Positions 10,632 to 19,048 of a stretch of 48,594 nt of DNA are shown piece by piece (within the stretch, counting starts at the first letter, position 1; the number at the start of each line of letters is the position of its first letter). Where the stretch lies: the NCBI GenBank assembly GCA_035702845.1, contig DASSZK010000272.1, positions 1-48,594 of the forward strand. Reading direction: 5' to 3'. The translations under genes were made by a program, and so were the position numbers. The stretch is from Acidimicrobiales bacterium (GTDB taxonomy: Bacteria; Actinomycetota; Acidimicrobiia; Acidimicrobiales; Palsa-688). The notes under the pieces were generated by a model that saw nothing but the letters and a program-made list of their open reading frames with translations, made no database searches and was not told where the DNA came from.

Positions 10632-11117
10632 TCAGGCGTACTGGGGCGTGCCGCTCCACGACATCGAGTAGTGCTGGGTCTTGCCCTTGAGCTTGAACGT
10701 GACGACGAGCTTGGAAAAAAGGCGCCCATGGCGCTTGGTGGCGACCGGTGCGGAGACCTGCACCTTGCTACCGGGGAAATAAGACATTTTGGAAGCGGCA
10801 CAGTAGGGGACGCAAAGGTTGAGCCCGAAGTCGGTAGTGCCCGACCCACTTGTGGCCCCCCAAGTGGCCCAGTGCGTCTTGGTGATCTCTGCGTTGTAGT
10901 CGGCGCAGGCGAGCACGAGGGTCGAGGGCTTGACCACCACCTGGTCCCTGCAATTGAGCAGGCCCGGACGCGACGTGCTGAGCCGGCCGAGGGGCGCGGC
11001 CCCGGCGACAGCACCGCCCATGACCACTGTCCCTGTAAAGACCGTCGCGCTGAGGATTGTTGACAAGGCGCTGAGGGCGGTTCCGGCAGTGGCGGCAGGC
11101 TTGGCCTTGTGGGTCAT
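10632..11117 (-). CDS. small secreted protein with four cysteines, function unknown
   Basis: The N-terminal signal-like segment is MTHKAKPAATAGTALSALSTILSATVFTGTVVMGGAVAGAAP. The mature part contains NCRDQVVVKPSTLVLACADYN...LNLCVPYCAASK. Composition looks like real coding sequence, and the gene is tightly spaced with its neighbours. Confidence 0.6.
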   Translation of the reverse strand: MTHKAKPAATAGTALSALSTILSATVFTGTVVMGGAVAGAAPLGRLSTSRPGLLNCRDQVVVKPSTLVLACADYNAEITKTHWATWGATSGSGTTDFGLNLCVPYCAASKMSYFPGSKVQVSAPVATKRHGRLFSKLVVTFKLKGKTQHYSMSWSGTPQYA

Positions 11118-11153
11118 GTCGCTTCTTTCCTTTGAGGCGTAGAACGGGATCTT

Positions 11154-12407
11154 ATGGGCTCAGGAGCCAATGCCGCCCGTTACAGCCCCGACCTCGCTCT
11201 GTCGATGTCATCTGCTGTGGCTGCCTCAACCACGGCGGCCTCGCTTCGCCGCCTATCGGGCATAGCCCTCGCCGTCGCCCTTATTCTGAGCGCCGCGCCG
11301 CTTGCTTCGCTCGGAGCCTGGGCGGCAACGCCGGACTGGCACGTCGTAAAAAGCCCAGTCGTGCAACTGGCAAACGGCTCCTCCTACGCATTTCTGGGAG
11401 GCATCTCGTGCCCGACAGAGCGCTTCTGCGTGGCGGTAGGGGTCGATGACGAGGCCACGGCAACGGGAGGCGAGCGCCCGCTGCTGGAGACCTATGACGG
11501 GCGTCATTGGGCAACGCTCCCTTCTTTGTCGAGCGGCGGGGGCCATCGCGCGGCATCGGGGTCGCTATCAGCTGTGTCGTGCGCATCGGCCTTGTTCTGT
11601 ATGGCCGTTGGCTCTGGAGCCGGTACCAAGGGCTCACCTCTCGTGTACGTCTACACCGCCATGAGGTGGAGCGTTGTGGCGCCGCCGGCAGGTAACAGTT
11701 ATCTGGCAGCCGTGGCTTGCCCGGAAGTGCAGCACTGCGTCGTCACCACAAGCGAGGGCAACCCCCCTGGGCCAGTGGGCTACATATATGACCATGGCCG
11801 CTGGCGGCCCGCTACAGCGCCGACCACGTTGCCGGGGCTCGATCTCCTCAGGAGTATTTCGTGCCTCGACGTGCGCTCATGTATTGCCGTCGGTGACGAG
11901 AGCGCCGGCGGCCCGGGTATGGCCCCGTTGGCCGGTCGCTTTGACGGGACCAGCTGGAGCGCTCAAAAGGTGGATCTGTCCAGCGATGGCTACGAGAGCA
12001 CCGTATTGGCAGCGGTCTCGTGCGCCAGCCTGGACGAGTGCCTGGCTGTTGGTTACACGCTTTCGGGCCGACCGGGCCGATTACCGAACGGCCCGGTGGC
12101 CGAGTTGTCCCGGCACGGTACCTGGACGAGTGCCATCGGCGCTGCTGGAGCACAAATTCGGGCGACGGCTCTGAACGGTGTCAGCTGCCAGGGCCTGGAG
12201 TGCCTGGTCATAGGGACGCGCGGGCACGCGGCGTTCATAGACAGCTACTCCGCAAATGGATGGTCGTCGCCTATGCCTGGGCCATTCCTGCGGCCGGGCC
12301 GCAACAGCCCGTCCGGCTTGTGGTCTGTGTCTTGCGCGTCACCGTCTTTTTGCGTGGCGGTGGGCTCATCTGGTGACCAGCCCACGGTTGTGGAAGGACG
12401 AGCCTGA
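11154..12407 (+). CDS. secreted protein built from seven Trp/Cys-containing repeats (probable 7-bladed beta-propeller)
   Basis: The signal-like N-terminus is LSGIALAVALILSAAPLASLGAWA. It is followed by seven units of about 45-55 aa, each carrying L-x-x-[VI]-[SA]-C-x(4,5)-C-x-[AV]-[VIT]-[GT]. The seven motifs are ISCPTERFCVAVG, VSCASALFCMAVG, VACPEVQHCVVTT, ISCLDVRSCIAVG, VSCASLDECLAVG, VSCQGLECLVIG and VSCASPSFCVAVG. The start could instead be the ATG at about 11205 (MSSAVAAS). Confidence 0.7.
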   Translation: MGSGANAARYSPDLALSMSSAVAASTTAASLRRLSGIALAVALILSAAPLASLGAWAATPDWHVVKSPVVQLANGSSYAFLGGISCPTERFCVAVGVDDEATATGGERPLLETYDGRHWATLPSLSSGGGHRAASGSLSAVSCASALFCMAVGSGAGTKGSPLVYVYTAMRWSVVAPPAGNSYLAAVACPEVQHCVVTTSEGNPPGPVGYIYDHGRWRPATAPTTLPGLDLLRSISCLDVRSCIAVGDESAGGPGMAPLAGRFDGTSWSAQKVDLSSDGYESTVLAAVSCASLDECLAVGYTLSGRPGRLPNGPVAELSRHGTWTSAIGAAGAQIRATALNGVSCQGLECLVIGTRGHAAFIDSYSANGWSSPMPGPFLRPGRNSPSGLWSVSCASPSFCVAVGSSGDQPTVVEGRA

Positions 12408-12478
12408 ACTACCGCCTAGAGTGCCACGGCAGGCAACCTTTGTACCTGCTGTGCCCGAAAGCAGCGGCGTGCTCTGGC

Positions 12479-12802
12479 TCACCACCCTCGGCGAACCGGA
12501 AAACCTAGCCGGCGACAGCGATTTGCCATGTGGACCAGGTCGACGAGCAGCGGGGCGCCCACACCGGGCACCGAGAGGTCTTTGCGGAACTGCCTTGCCT
12601 CCCGAGCGAGGATTGGGTCGCCAGATGCCTGGCCCTGTGCCGCGGCCCTTTCGATTTGTTTCGTACCTGCGCGACCGGCGAAGACACCACAAGCCTCGGC
12701 GGTGGCTCGAGCCTGGGGGCTGGGAGGGGCGGAGAAGCAACCGCAAAGCGCAAGTCCAGCGGCCACACAGGCCAGTGCCTGCTTGTAAGCCGACTGGGCC
12801 AC
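12479..12802 (-). CDS. possible small lipoprotein / secreted protein
   Basis: GTG start. The N-terminus MAQSAYKQALACVAAGLALCGCFSAPP resembles a signal peptide with a lipobox-like Cys. It sits in the gap left once the ABC gene start is moved to 12920. I recognised no homology, so the call rests on the signal peptide and moderate GC3 only. Confidence 0.35.
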   Translation of the reverse strand: MAQSAYKQALACVAAGLALCGCFSAPPSPQARATAEACGVFAGRAGTKQIERAAAQGQASGDPILAREARQFRKDLSVPGVGAPLLVDLVHMANRCRRLGFPVRRGW

Positions 12803-12919
12803 CCGGCGAGCCTAGACCGGGCCACATTGGTGGCGCTCTGTCCGTGCCCGGCGCGCCCGCCCGCCCGCCAAATAATTCCTCAGGCAAACGGCGGGCTCGC
12901 CAGTAGAGTCCCCCGAGGC

Positions 12920-14683
12920 GTGCTGCTTTTCCAACTGCCTTTGGCTGACCCCGGCCGGCCGGACCTGCGATCGCCGGTCCGGTTCCTCGCCTGGCTCGCC
13001 CGCCGCCAGCTTCGCACGGTCGTCCAGGGCGCCATCTTTGGCACCATCTGGATGGGCAGCCAAGCGGTGCTGCCGGCAGCCGTGGGGGCTGCCATAAACG
13101 CCATGGTCGGCCGCGACGAGGGGAGCCTGGTCAAGTGGTGCCTGGTAGTCCTCGCCCTGGGAACTGTGCAAGCGGTCGCCGGCGTGCTGCGCCACCGCAG
13201 GGCAGTGAGCAACTTCTTGTCCTCGATCGTCATTGTCGACCAGTTGCTCGCCCGCCACGCTGCCAGGTTGGGGGCCAGCCTGCCCCGGCGCATAGGCGAG
13301 GGGGAGGTCGCCAGCATCGGGACAACCGACGTGACGCGGATCGGGCGCATCATCGACATCACGGCGCGCGGCACTGGGGCCGCTGTCTCGTACTGCGTGG
13401 TCGTCGCCATCATGCTGAGCTCGTCGGTTTGGCTGGGGCTCGTCGTCCTGCTCGGCGTGCCACTGGGGGCGCTCCTGGTCGTGCCGGTTATGAAGCCTCT
13501 GGAGAGGCGCCAGTGGGCGGAGAGAGAAGCGCGCGGCGCGGCCTCCGAAGTGGCAGCGGACACCGTTGCGGGCCTGAGGGTGCTGCGCGGCTTGGGCGGG
13601 GAGGAGGACTTCCGGTCCCGCTACCTCACCAGTTCCCAGGCGGTGCGCAGGGCTACTGTCCGTACCGCCAAGGCGCAGTCGGCTCTGCAGGCGGCCAGGG
13701 TCTTTACGCCGGGAGCAGTCCTGGTAGCGGTTACCTTCTTGGGGGCCCATCTCGTGCTGCGAGGCCGCGTCAGCCCCGGGCAGCTCGTGGCTGATTACGC
13801 CTACGCAGCTTTCCTGGTCCTTCCCGTCCAGACGCTGGCCGACGCCGCCGTCAACTGGTCAGCCGCAACGGTGGCCGCCGGCCGGGTACTTAGCGTCCTG
13901 CGCCTCAGCCACGACATCGAGACACCGCTCCACCCCGAACCCTTCCCGGTGCCCGGCCCCTTGGTCGACGAGGTTACGGGGCTCGTCGTGGAGGCGGGCA
14001 CGTTCACCACGGTCGCTGTCCCCGACGCCGAGCAGGGCGCCGATCTGGCTGAGCGCCTTGGTAGGCACAGGGTGAACACAGAGGTACCCGGCTCAGGCGT
14101 GACGCTGTCGGGGGTCGACCTGGCTTGCCTCCCCCTCGACGATGTCCGCCACCACATCATGGTGCTCGACCGTGAGGCGCGCCTACTGGCGGGCACGGTG
14201 AGGGAAGTGGTCGACGTGCCGCCCGCGGTCCCTGGCATGGACCGTCCCAGCGTGGAGGAGGCGATCTCCGCCGCTTGCGCCGACGACATTGTCGCCGGCC
14301 TCGACGGGGGCATCGATGGTCAGGTCGCGGAGCGAGGCAGGTCGCTTTCAGGAGGGCAGCGCCAACGGTTGTTGCTGGCCGCTGCGCTTCGTGCGGGCGC
14401 GCCGGTACTCGTCATGCACGAGCCCACGAGCGCGGTCGACGCCCACACCGAGGCCGCTATCGCCGAGAACCTGGCCCGAGTGCGTAAAGGGCTCACCACC
14501 GTCGTGATCGCCAACTCGCCGCTGCTCCTGGCCCGCGCTGATGAAGTTGTGATGATCGATGGCGGCGGTCCTGGCGACCCCGGTCGTCCCGGGTACGCCC
14601 CGGCTTTGTTGCGCGGCTCGCATGCGCAATTGATGCGTAGCTCCGCTTCCTACCGCGAGCTGGTGTCGAGGGAGCTTGAATGA
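12920..14683 (+). CDS. ABC exporter subunit (fused TMD-NBD) with a degenerate nucleotide-binding domain
   Basis: I moved the start to an in-frame GTG at 12920 (VLLFQLPLADPGRPDLRSPVRFLAWLARRQL), which is a typical N-terminus for actinobacterial type-I exporters. There are six hydrophobic segments. In the NBD the Walker A position reads AVPDAEQGADL, Walker B reads VLVMHEPTS and the H-loop position reads IANS, while the signature LSGGQRQR is intact. Confidence 0.8.
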   Translation: MLLFQLPLADPGRPDLRSPVRFLAWLARRQLRTVVQGAIFGTIWMGSQAVLPAAVGAAINAMVGRDEGSLVKWCLVVLALGTVQAVAGVLRHRRAVSNFLSSIVIVDQLLARHAARLGASLPRRIGEGEVASIGTTDVTRIGRIIDITARGTGAAVSYCVVVAIMLSSSVWLGLVVLLGVPLGALLVVPVMKPLERRQWAEREARGAASEVAADTVAGLRVLRGLGGEEDFRSRYLTSSQAVRRATVRTAKAQSALQAARVFTPGAVLVAVTFLGAHLVLRGRVSPGQLVADYAYAAFLVLPVQTLADAAVNWSAATVAAGRVLSVLRLSHDIETPLHPEPFPVPGPLVDEVTGLVVEAGTFTTVAVPDAEQGADLAERLGRHRVNTEVPGSGVTLSGVDLACLPLDDVRHHIMVLDREARLLAGTVREVVDVPPAVPGMDRPSVEEAISAACADDIVAGLDGGIDGQVAERGRSLSGGQRQRLLLAAALRAGAPVLVMHEPTSAVDAHTEAAIAENLARVRKGLTTVVIANSPLLLARADEVVMIDGGGPGDPGRPGYAPALLRGSHAQLMRSSASYRELVSRELE

Positions 14684-16452
14684 GCGTCGCCGCCGGCACA
14701 GCTGCAACCACCCGGTTACCGGTCGCCAACCGTACCGCCACGCGCGCCGGCTTGGCCCGCCTGATAACGGCCAACAGGGCAGGCTTCGGAGCCACCATCG
14801 CCGTGCAGATCCTGGCGAGCGCGGCCGGCTTGGTCGGCCCTCAACTGCTCGAGCACCTGATCAACCAGGGGAAGGCGTTGACACCTTCAGGTGTGTCGCG
14901 CACCGCGGTGTTGTTCGCCATCGCCCTGGTGGTGCAGACGGCGGCTTCTTCGGCCGCCTACTCCAGGGGAGCCTCCGTTGGTGAAAAGGCTCTTGCAGAT
15001 CTGCGAGAAGGCCTCGTGGCGTCAGTACTTCGCCTGCCTCTTGGTTTGGTGGAGCGGGCGGGGACTGGGGACCTGATGGCGAGGGTCTCCACTGACATCG
15101 ACGAGATGAGCAGGGCCATGCGTTATGGGCTGCCTCAGCTGCTCGTTGCCGGGGTAACGGCGTTGCTCGCTGTTGTGGCCCTGGTCGTAACCGCGCCGTG
15201 GTTGGGCCTCGTGCTGGTCCCCGTCATCCCCTTCCTGGCCTGGGTGACCCGTCGCTACCTTCGCCAGGCCGGTCCCGCCTACCGCGAACAGATGGCGGCG
15301 TGGGTTGCAGCCAATGCCGCTTTGCAGGAAACGGTCTCTGCCGCCCGCACCGTCGAGGTCCTGGGGCTGGGTAGCCGGCGCGTGGAACGAAGTGATGAGG
15401 CCATCAGGCAGTGGATGGACTGGGAGAAGACGACGCTGCGGATGCGCAATTTCTTCTTTGGGTCGTGCGAGGTGTCCTACGTCGTGCCGCTCATGTTGTG
15501 CTTGCTGGTCGGCGGGACTCTGGTGGTGCACGGCTCCATGACCGTCGGCGCAGTGGCGGCGGCGGCGCTGTACGCCCAGCAGTTGATCGCGCCTGTAGAC
15601 ACCCTGCTCGCCTGGCAGGACGAGGTGCAGCAGGCCTCCGCCTCCTTGTCGCGTGTTCTCGGGGTCTATGAGATCGAGCCGGCGGCGTACACCGACGACC
15701 TCCCCGCCGGGCCACAGCTGGTGGCCCGCCAAGTCCATTTCGCTTACGACGGCCACGGGGACGTGCTCAAGGGAGTCGACCTTGCTCCCGCCCAGGGGGA
15801 ACACCTGGTGATCGTTGGGCCGAGCGGGGCGGGCAAGAGCACGCTGGCGCTGTTGCTGGCCGGCGTGCACGCCCCTACCAGCGGCTCGGTCGCCATCGGA
15901 GGGGTACCGCCACATCTCTTGGAGCCGTCCGCTCTTCGCCGGGAAGTGGCACTGGTGACCCAGGAACACCACATCTTCGCCACCAGTGTCAGGGAAAATC
16001 TTCGCCTGGCCAGACCAGGCGCCACCGACGACGAGTTGTGGGAGGCCCTCGACGTGGTCGGTGCCCGTGCTGCAGTCGAAGCGCTGGCGGACGGGCTCGG
16101 CACGGCGGTCGGTTCGGGGGGTGCGGCTTTGAGCCCGGCGCTGGCTCAACAGTTGGCCATCGCCAGGCTCGTCCTGGCCGGCCCCCACACGCTTGTGCTG
16201 GACGAGGCCACATCGCTCCTCGGTGCGCACGCGGCCAGAGATCTCGAACAGTCAATGGCGCGCTTATTGGAAGGGCGCACCGTCATAGCCATATCCCACC
16301 GTCTGCACGCCGCTCACGATGCCCAGATAGTCGCCGTGGTCGAGGGCGGCCGCATAACAGAGATGGGGAGCCACGCCGATCTGTTGGCCCGCAAAGGCCC
16401 CTATGCCCGGCTCTGGGCCGCGTGGCAGGAAGAGGGCCTTTTGCAGGGCTGA
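14680..16452 (+). CDS. ABC exporter subunit (fused TMD-NBD) with a canonical ATPase site
   Basis: There is an ATGA overlap with the upstream subunit. Walker A is GPSGAGKST, the Q-loop is VTQEHHIF, Walker B is LVLDEATS and the H-loop is ISHRL. The signature position is degenerate (LSPALAQQ). Confidence 0.88.
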   Translation: MSVAAGTAATTRLPVANRTATRAGLARLITANRAGFGATIAVQILASAAGLVGPQLLEHLINQGKALTPSGVSRTAVLFAIALVVQTAASSAAYSRGASVGEKALADLREGLVASVLRLPLGLVERAGTGDLMARVSTDIDEMSRAMRYGLPQLLVAGVTALLAVVALVVTAPWLGLVLVPVIPFLAWVTRRYLRQAGPAYREQMAAWVAANAALQETVSAARTVEVLGLGSRRVERSDEAIRQWMDWEKTTLRMRNFFFGSCEVSYVVPLMLCLLVGGTLVVHGSMTVGAVAAAALYAQQLIAPVDTLLAWQDEVQQASASLSRVLGVYEIEPAAYTDDLPAGPQLVARQVHFAYDGHGDVLKGVDLAPAQGEHLVIVGPSGAGKSTLALLLAGVHAPTSGSVAIGGVPPHLLEPSALRREVALVTQEHHIFATSVRENLRLARPGATDDELWEALDVVGARAAVEALADGLGTAVGSGGAALSPALAQQLAIARLVLAGPHTLVLDEATSLLGAHAARDLEQSMARLLEGRTVIAISHRLHAAHDAQIVAVVEGGRITEMGSHADLLARKGPYARLWAAWQEEGLLQG

Positions 16453-16484
16453 AGGCAGGGTGTCTTGCTGCGGCGGCCGGGCGT

Positions 16485-17180
16485 TCAGCGCACGACGGCG
16501 ATGACCATGCCGTCCCAGCCCTTGGCCCCCACGCTCTGCCACGCAGTGGCATCGACACGGTCGTCGGCGCTCAACGCCTCGAACAGCCGGCGGCTGCCGA
16601 CCACGGCCGGATCGGTGCTCGAAGCATCGGCGACCTTGCCCTGACGCACGACGTTGTCGACGATGATCAGGCTCCCCGGGTGGCAGAGCTTGACAGCCCA
16701 GTCGAAATAGACACTGTTGTTGGCCTTGTCCGCGTCCACGAAGACCAAGTCGAACGGCGCCCACTCGCTCGACCGCAGATCAGGCAGGCTCTGGGCGGCG
16801 GCCCCCACCCGGATCTCGACTTGGTCGCCCGCGCCGGCGCGCTCCACGTTGGCTCGTGCCACCTCGGCGTGGCGCGGCTCCGCCTCCAAGGTGACGACAT
16901 GGCCGTCCTGTGGCAGGCCGCGCGCCAGCCAGATGGTGCTGTACCCGCCCAGCGTCCCTACCTCCAGTACTGACCGGGCTCGGATGGCTTTGGCCAGCAC
17001 CATCAACAGCCTTCCCTGTAGCGGGGAGACATCGATGGGCGGTAGCTCAGCAGCCCGGTTTGCCTGCAACACAGCGCTCATTACTTCGTCTGCCGGCATC
17101 AAAGCGCTCGCCAGGTACGTGTCCACGCTCGAGGCTTGTTGCAAAACGTCGGTTGGTCCGCTGTGGTTGGCATCGGTCAT
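16485..17180 (-). CDS. class I SAM-dependent O-methyltransferase (family 3, caffeoyl-CoA OMT-like)
   Basis: I trimmed the ORF to ATG 17180 (MTDANHSGP...). Motifs seen: VLEVGTLGGYSTIWLA, HVVTLEAEPRHAEVARANVERAG, FDLVFVDADKANN, GSLIIVDNV. Confidence 0.8.
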   Translation of the reverse strand: MTDANHSGPTDVLQQASSVDTYLASALMPADEVMSAVLQANRAAELPPIDVSPLQGRLLMVLAKAIRARSVLEVGTLGGYSTIWLARGLPQDGHVVTLEAEPRHAEVARANVERAGAGDQVEIRVGAAAQSLPDLRSSEWAPFDLVFVDADKANNSVYFDWAVKLCHPGSLIIVDNVVRQGKVADASSTDPAVVGSRRLFEALSADDRVDATAWQSVGAKGWDGMVIAVVR

Positions 17181-17358
17181 TGGCCAACCGTACCGTCCGG
17201 CGCTCGTTGCTCCGGGCAGTTCTTTGGCGCGCCGCAGCGCGTCAGCCGGCAACGGCGTGGTGGACCGGGCCCCGAACGACCTGACCTGTTGAGCTCGGCT
17301 AGGTGGTTTTAGGCGTCCCGAACGCAAACCCAGACGATCTGGCCGTAGCCTGTTCGCC

Positions 17359-19047
17359 GTGAGCAGGAAAGCAGCGCGGGCCTACAAGACTTCCGCCAGC
17401 CGGGCACCGCTTGTCATCGCCGGCGTGGCGGTCGTGATTGCCGGTGCCGTGGTCGGCGTCGTCCTTACCAGCAGGCAGGGCAACGCCAACCAGGCTCTTA
17501 CTTCTGCAAACCGCTCCGGCGCCGGGGCGCACACCTCGACCTCTGGCGCCACCACGTCGACGACTACTCACGCCCAAGCCGTCGCCCAGCTCCTCGTCGG
17601 CGTTACGGTCAGCCCCGCGGAGGGTTCCAAGACGGCGAAGCCCGGCACGGTCGTAACCCTGGCCGACGCCGCGGCGAAGGCCGGTTCACGCCTGGCTGCA
17701 GTGACCGTACAGGCCTCCACCGGGCAGATGGTGCCCGGCATCCTCTCGGCGACGGGGTCGTCCTGGCGTTCGACTGGGCACCTGGTCCCGGCCACGACGT
17801 ACACAGTGACCTACGAGGTGCTTGGCGGCGCGGGGCTGTCTGCGTCGGCCAAGAGCACATTTAGCACGGCGGCGCCGGCGAAGCCCGTTACAGCCAGTGT
17901 CTGGCCCTCGCCCAAGCTCATAGTCGGTGTTGGCGAGCCCATCGTGTTCAACTTTTCGCGCCCTGTGCTGACAGCCGCGGCGGAAACCTCTGTTGTGGAC
18001 CACTTGCATATAGCGATGAGCAAGCCGGTGCCCGGTGGATGGCATTGGTTCGGTGCGCAGGAGCTGCATTTCCGGCCTGATTCGTTCTGGCCCGTCGGCG
18101 AACAGGTCGAGGTCACCGGCAACCTTTCGGGCTGGGACGCCGGTAACGGTCAATGGGGCGAGGGTGTCGTGGCGAGCGAGTTCGTCGTCGGCGCCCGCCA
18201 TATCTCGGTTGTCAACCTCACCACGCACGAGATGACCGTCACTGACAATGGCCAGGTCGTCTACACCTGGCCCATCAGCGCCGGGGCACCCCAATGGCCC
18301 ACGACGGAGGGCACCCATATAGTCCTCGACCGCGAGGCGTCGGTCCAGATGATCTCCTCGTCGGTTGGCATCCCCGTCCATTCGCCCGGCGGGTACGACG
18401 AGACCGTTTATTGGGACGTGCATATCTCCGATGCGGGCGAGTACGTGCACGCCGCGCCGTGGGACCTGAGCATCCAGGGCATACGCAATGTCTCGCACGG
18501 TTGCGTCAACTTGAGCCCGGTCCGGGCAGAGACGTTCCTTCACTTTTCCCGTGTGGGAGACATAGTCCAAGTAGTGGGGCCCGGGCGTGCACCGTCTCCC
18601 ACCGACCACGGGTTGATGGACTGGTCCTTCCCCCCTTCACAGATCCGCTGGGTCCCGGCGCACGTCTACCAGCTGACCACGGCAGTGGCCACCACGCCCC
18701 CGACCACCCTGCCGTTGCCACCCCCCGGGGCGCCGTACACCCCGACGACCATCCCGCCGGCGCCGACTACATCCGCTCCACCCACTACAACCACGGCCAA
18801 GACGACGACGACTGTCCCCACCACGACTGTCCCCACCACGACTGGCCCTACCACGGCTGGCCCTACAACGACGGCTGCCCTGAGCACGGCCCCAGCCAAG
18901 TCGCCCACGACTACGGGACGGACCACGGCCACGGCCCCTACGACGGCCACGGCCCCTACGACGAGCACGGCCCCTACGACGAGCACGGCCCGCAAGAGCG
19001 TGGTTATCACGACGACCACCAAACCCACGGTGACGGCGACCGGCTGA
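17359..19047 (+). CDS. L,D-transpeptidase (YkuD catalytic domain) with an N-terminal membrane anchor and a C-terminal Pro/Thr-rich tail
   Basis: GTG start. The TM segment is PLVIAGVAVVIAGAVVGVVL and is followed by Ig-like domains. The catalytic region is HAAPWDLSIQGIRNVSHGCVNLSP. The last ~120 aa are almost entirely T/P/A. Confidence 0.85.
   Translation: MSRKAARAYKTSASRAPLVIAGVAVVIAGAVVGVVLTSRQGNANQALTSANRSGAGAHTSTSGATTSTTTHAQAVAQLLVGVTVSPAEGSKTAKPGTVVTLADAAAKAGSRLAAVTVQASTGQMVPGILSATGSSWRSTGHLVPATTYTVTYEVLGGAGLSASAKSTFSTAAPAKPVTASVWPSPKLIVGVGEPIVFNFSRPVLTAAAETSVVDHLHIAMSKPVPGGWHWFGAQELHFRPDSFWPVGEQVEVTGNLSGWDAGNGQWGEGVVASEFVVGARHISVVNLTTHEMTVTDNGQVVYTWPISAGAPQWPTTEGTHIVLDREASVQMISSSVGIPVHSPGGYDETVYWDVHISDAGEYVHAAPWDLSIQGIRNVSHGCVNLSPVRAETFLHFSRVGDIVQVVGPGRAPSPTDHGLMDWSFPPSQIRWVPAHVYQLTTAVATTPPTTLPLPPPGAPYTPTTIPPAPTTSAPPTTTTAKTTTTVPTTTVPTTTGPTTAGPTTTAALSTAPAKSPTTTGRTTATAPTTATAPTTSTAPTTSTARKSVVITTTTKPTVTATG
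18811..18990 (+). repeat. in-frame tandem minisatellites inside the transpeptidase tail
   Basis: There are four 15-nt units at 18811..18870 (actgtccccaccacg x2, then actggccctaccacg and gctggccctacaacg). There are three 18-nt units at 18931..18984 (acggcccctacgacgRSc) plus a partial fourth to 18990. They encode TVPTT/TGPTT and TAPTTA/TAPTTS. Confidence 0.85.
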
Positions 19048-19048
19048 G

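Noticed and set aside
10577-11014. N-terminal 146 codons of the 434-aa minus-strand ORF
   Set aside because: The sequence is Ser/Arg/Pro-rich with no homology-like features. It overlaps, in another frame, a better gene with a signal peptide. The kinase-fold protein has a good internal ATG at 10576.
12530-12919. 5' 130 codons of the 717-aa ABC ORF
   Set aside because: The translation looks non-protein-like. The conserved exporter N-terminus (LPLADPGRPDLRSP) starts right after an in-frame GTG at 12920.
15022-16230. 402-aa minus-strand ORF
   Set aside because: It is antisense to the second ABC subunit and is a shadow ORF.
16038-16973. 311-aa + strand ORF spanning the ABC gene end and the methyltransferase
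   Set aside because: It is out of frame with the ABC gene and antisense to the methyltransferase. Its composition is Arg/Gly/Pro-rich.
17181-17358. Possible riboswitch (cyclic-di-AMP/ydaO type) upstream of the L,D-transpeptidase
   Set aside because: I considered it because such elements precede cell-wall enzymes in actinobacteria. However, I could not find the conserved core motifs by eye. It would need a covariance-model scan to revisit.
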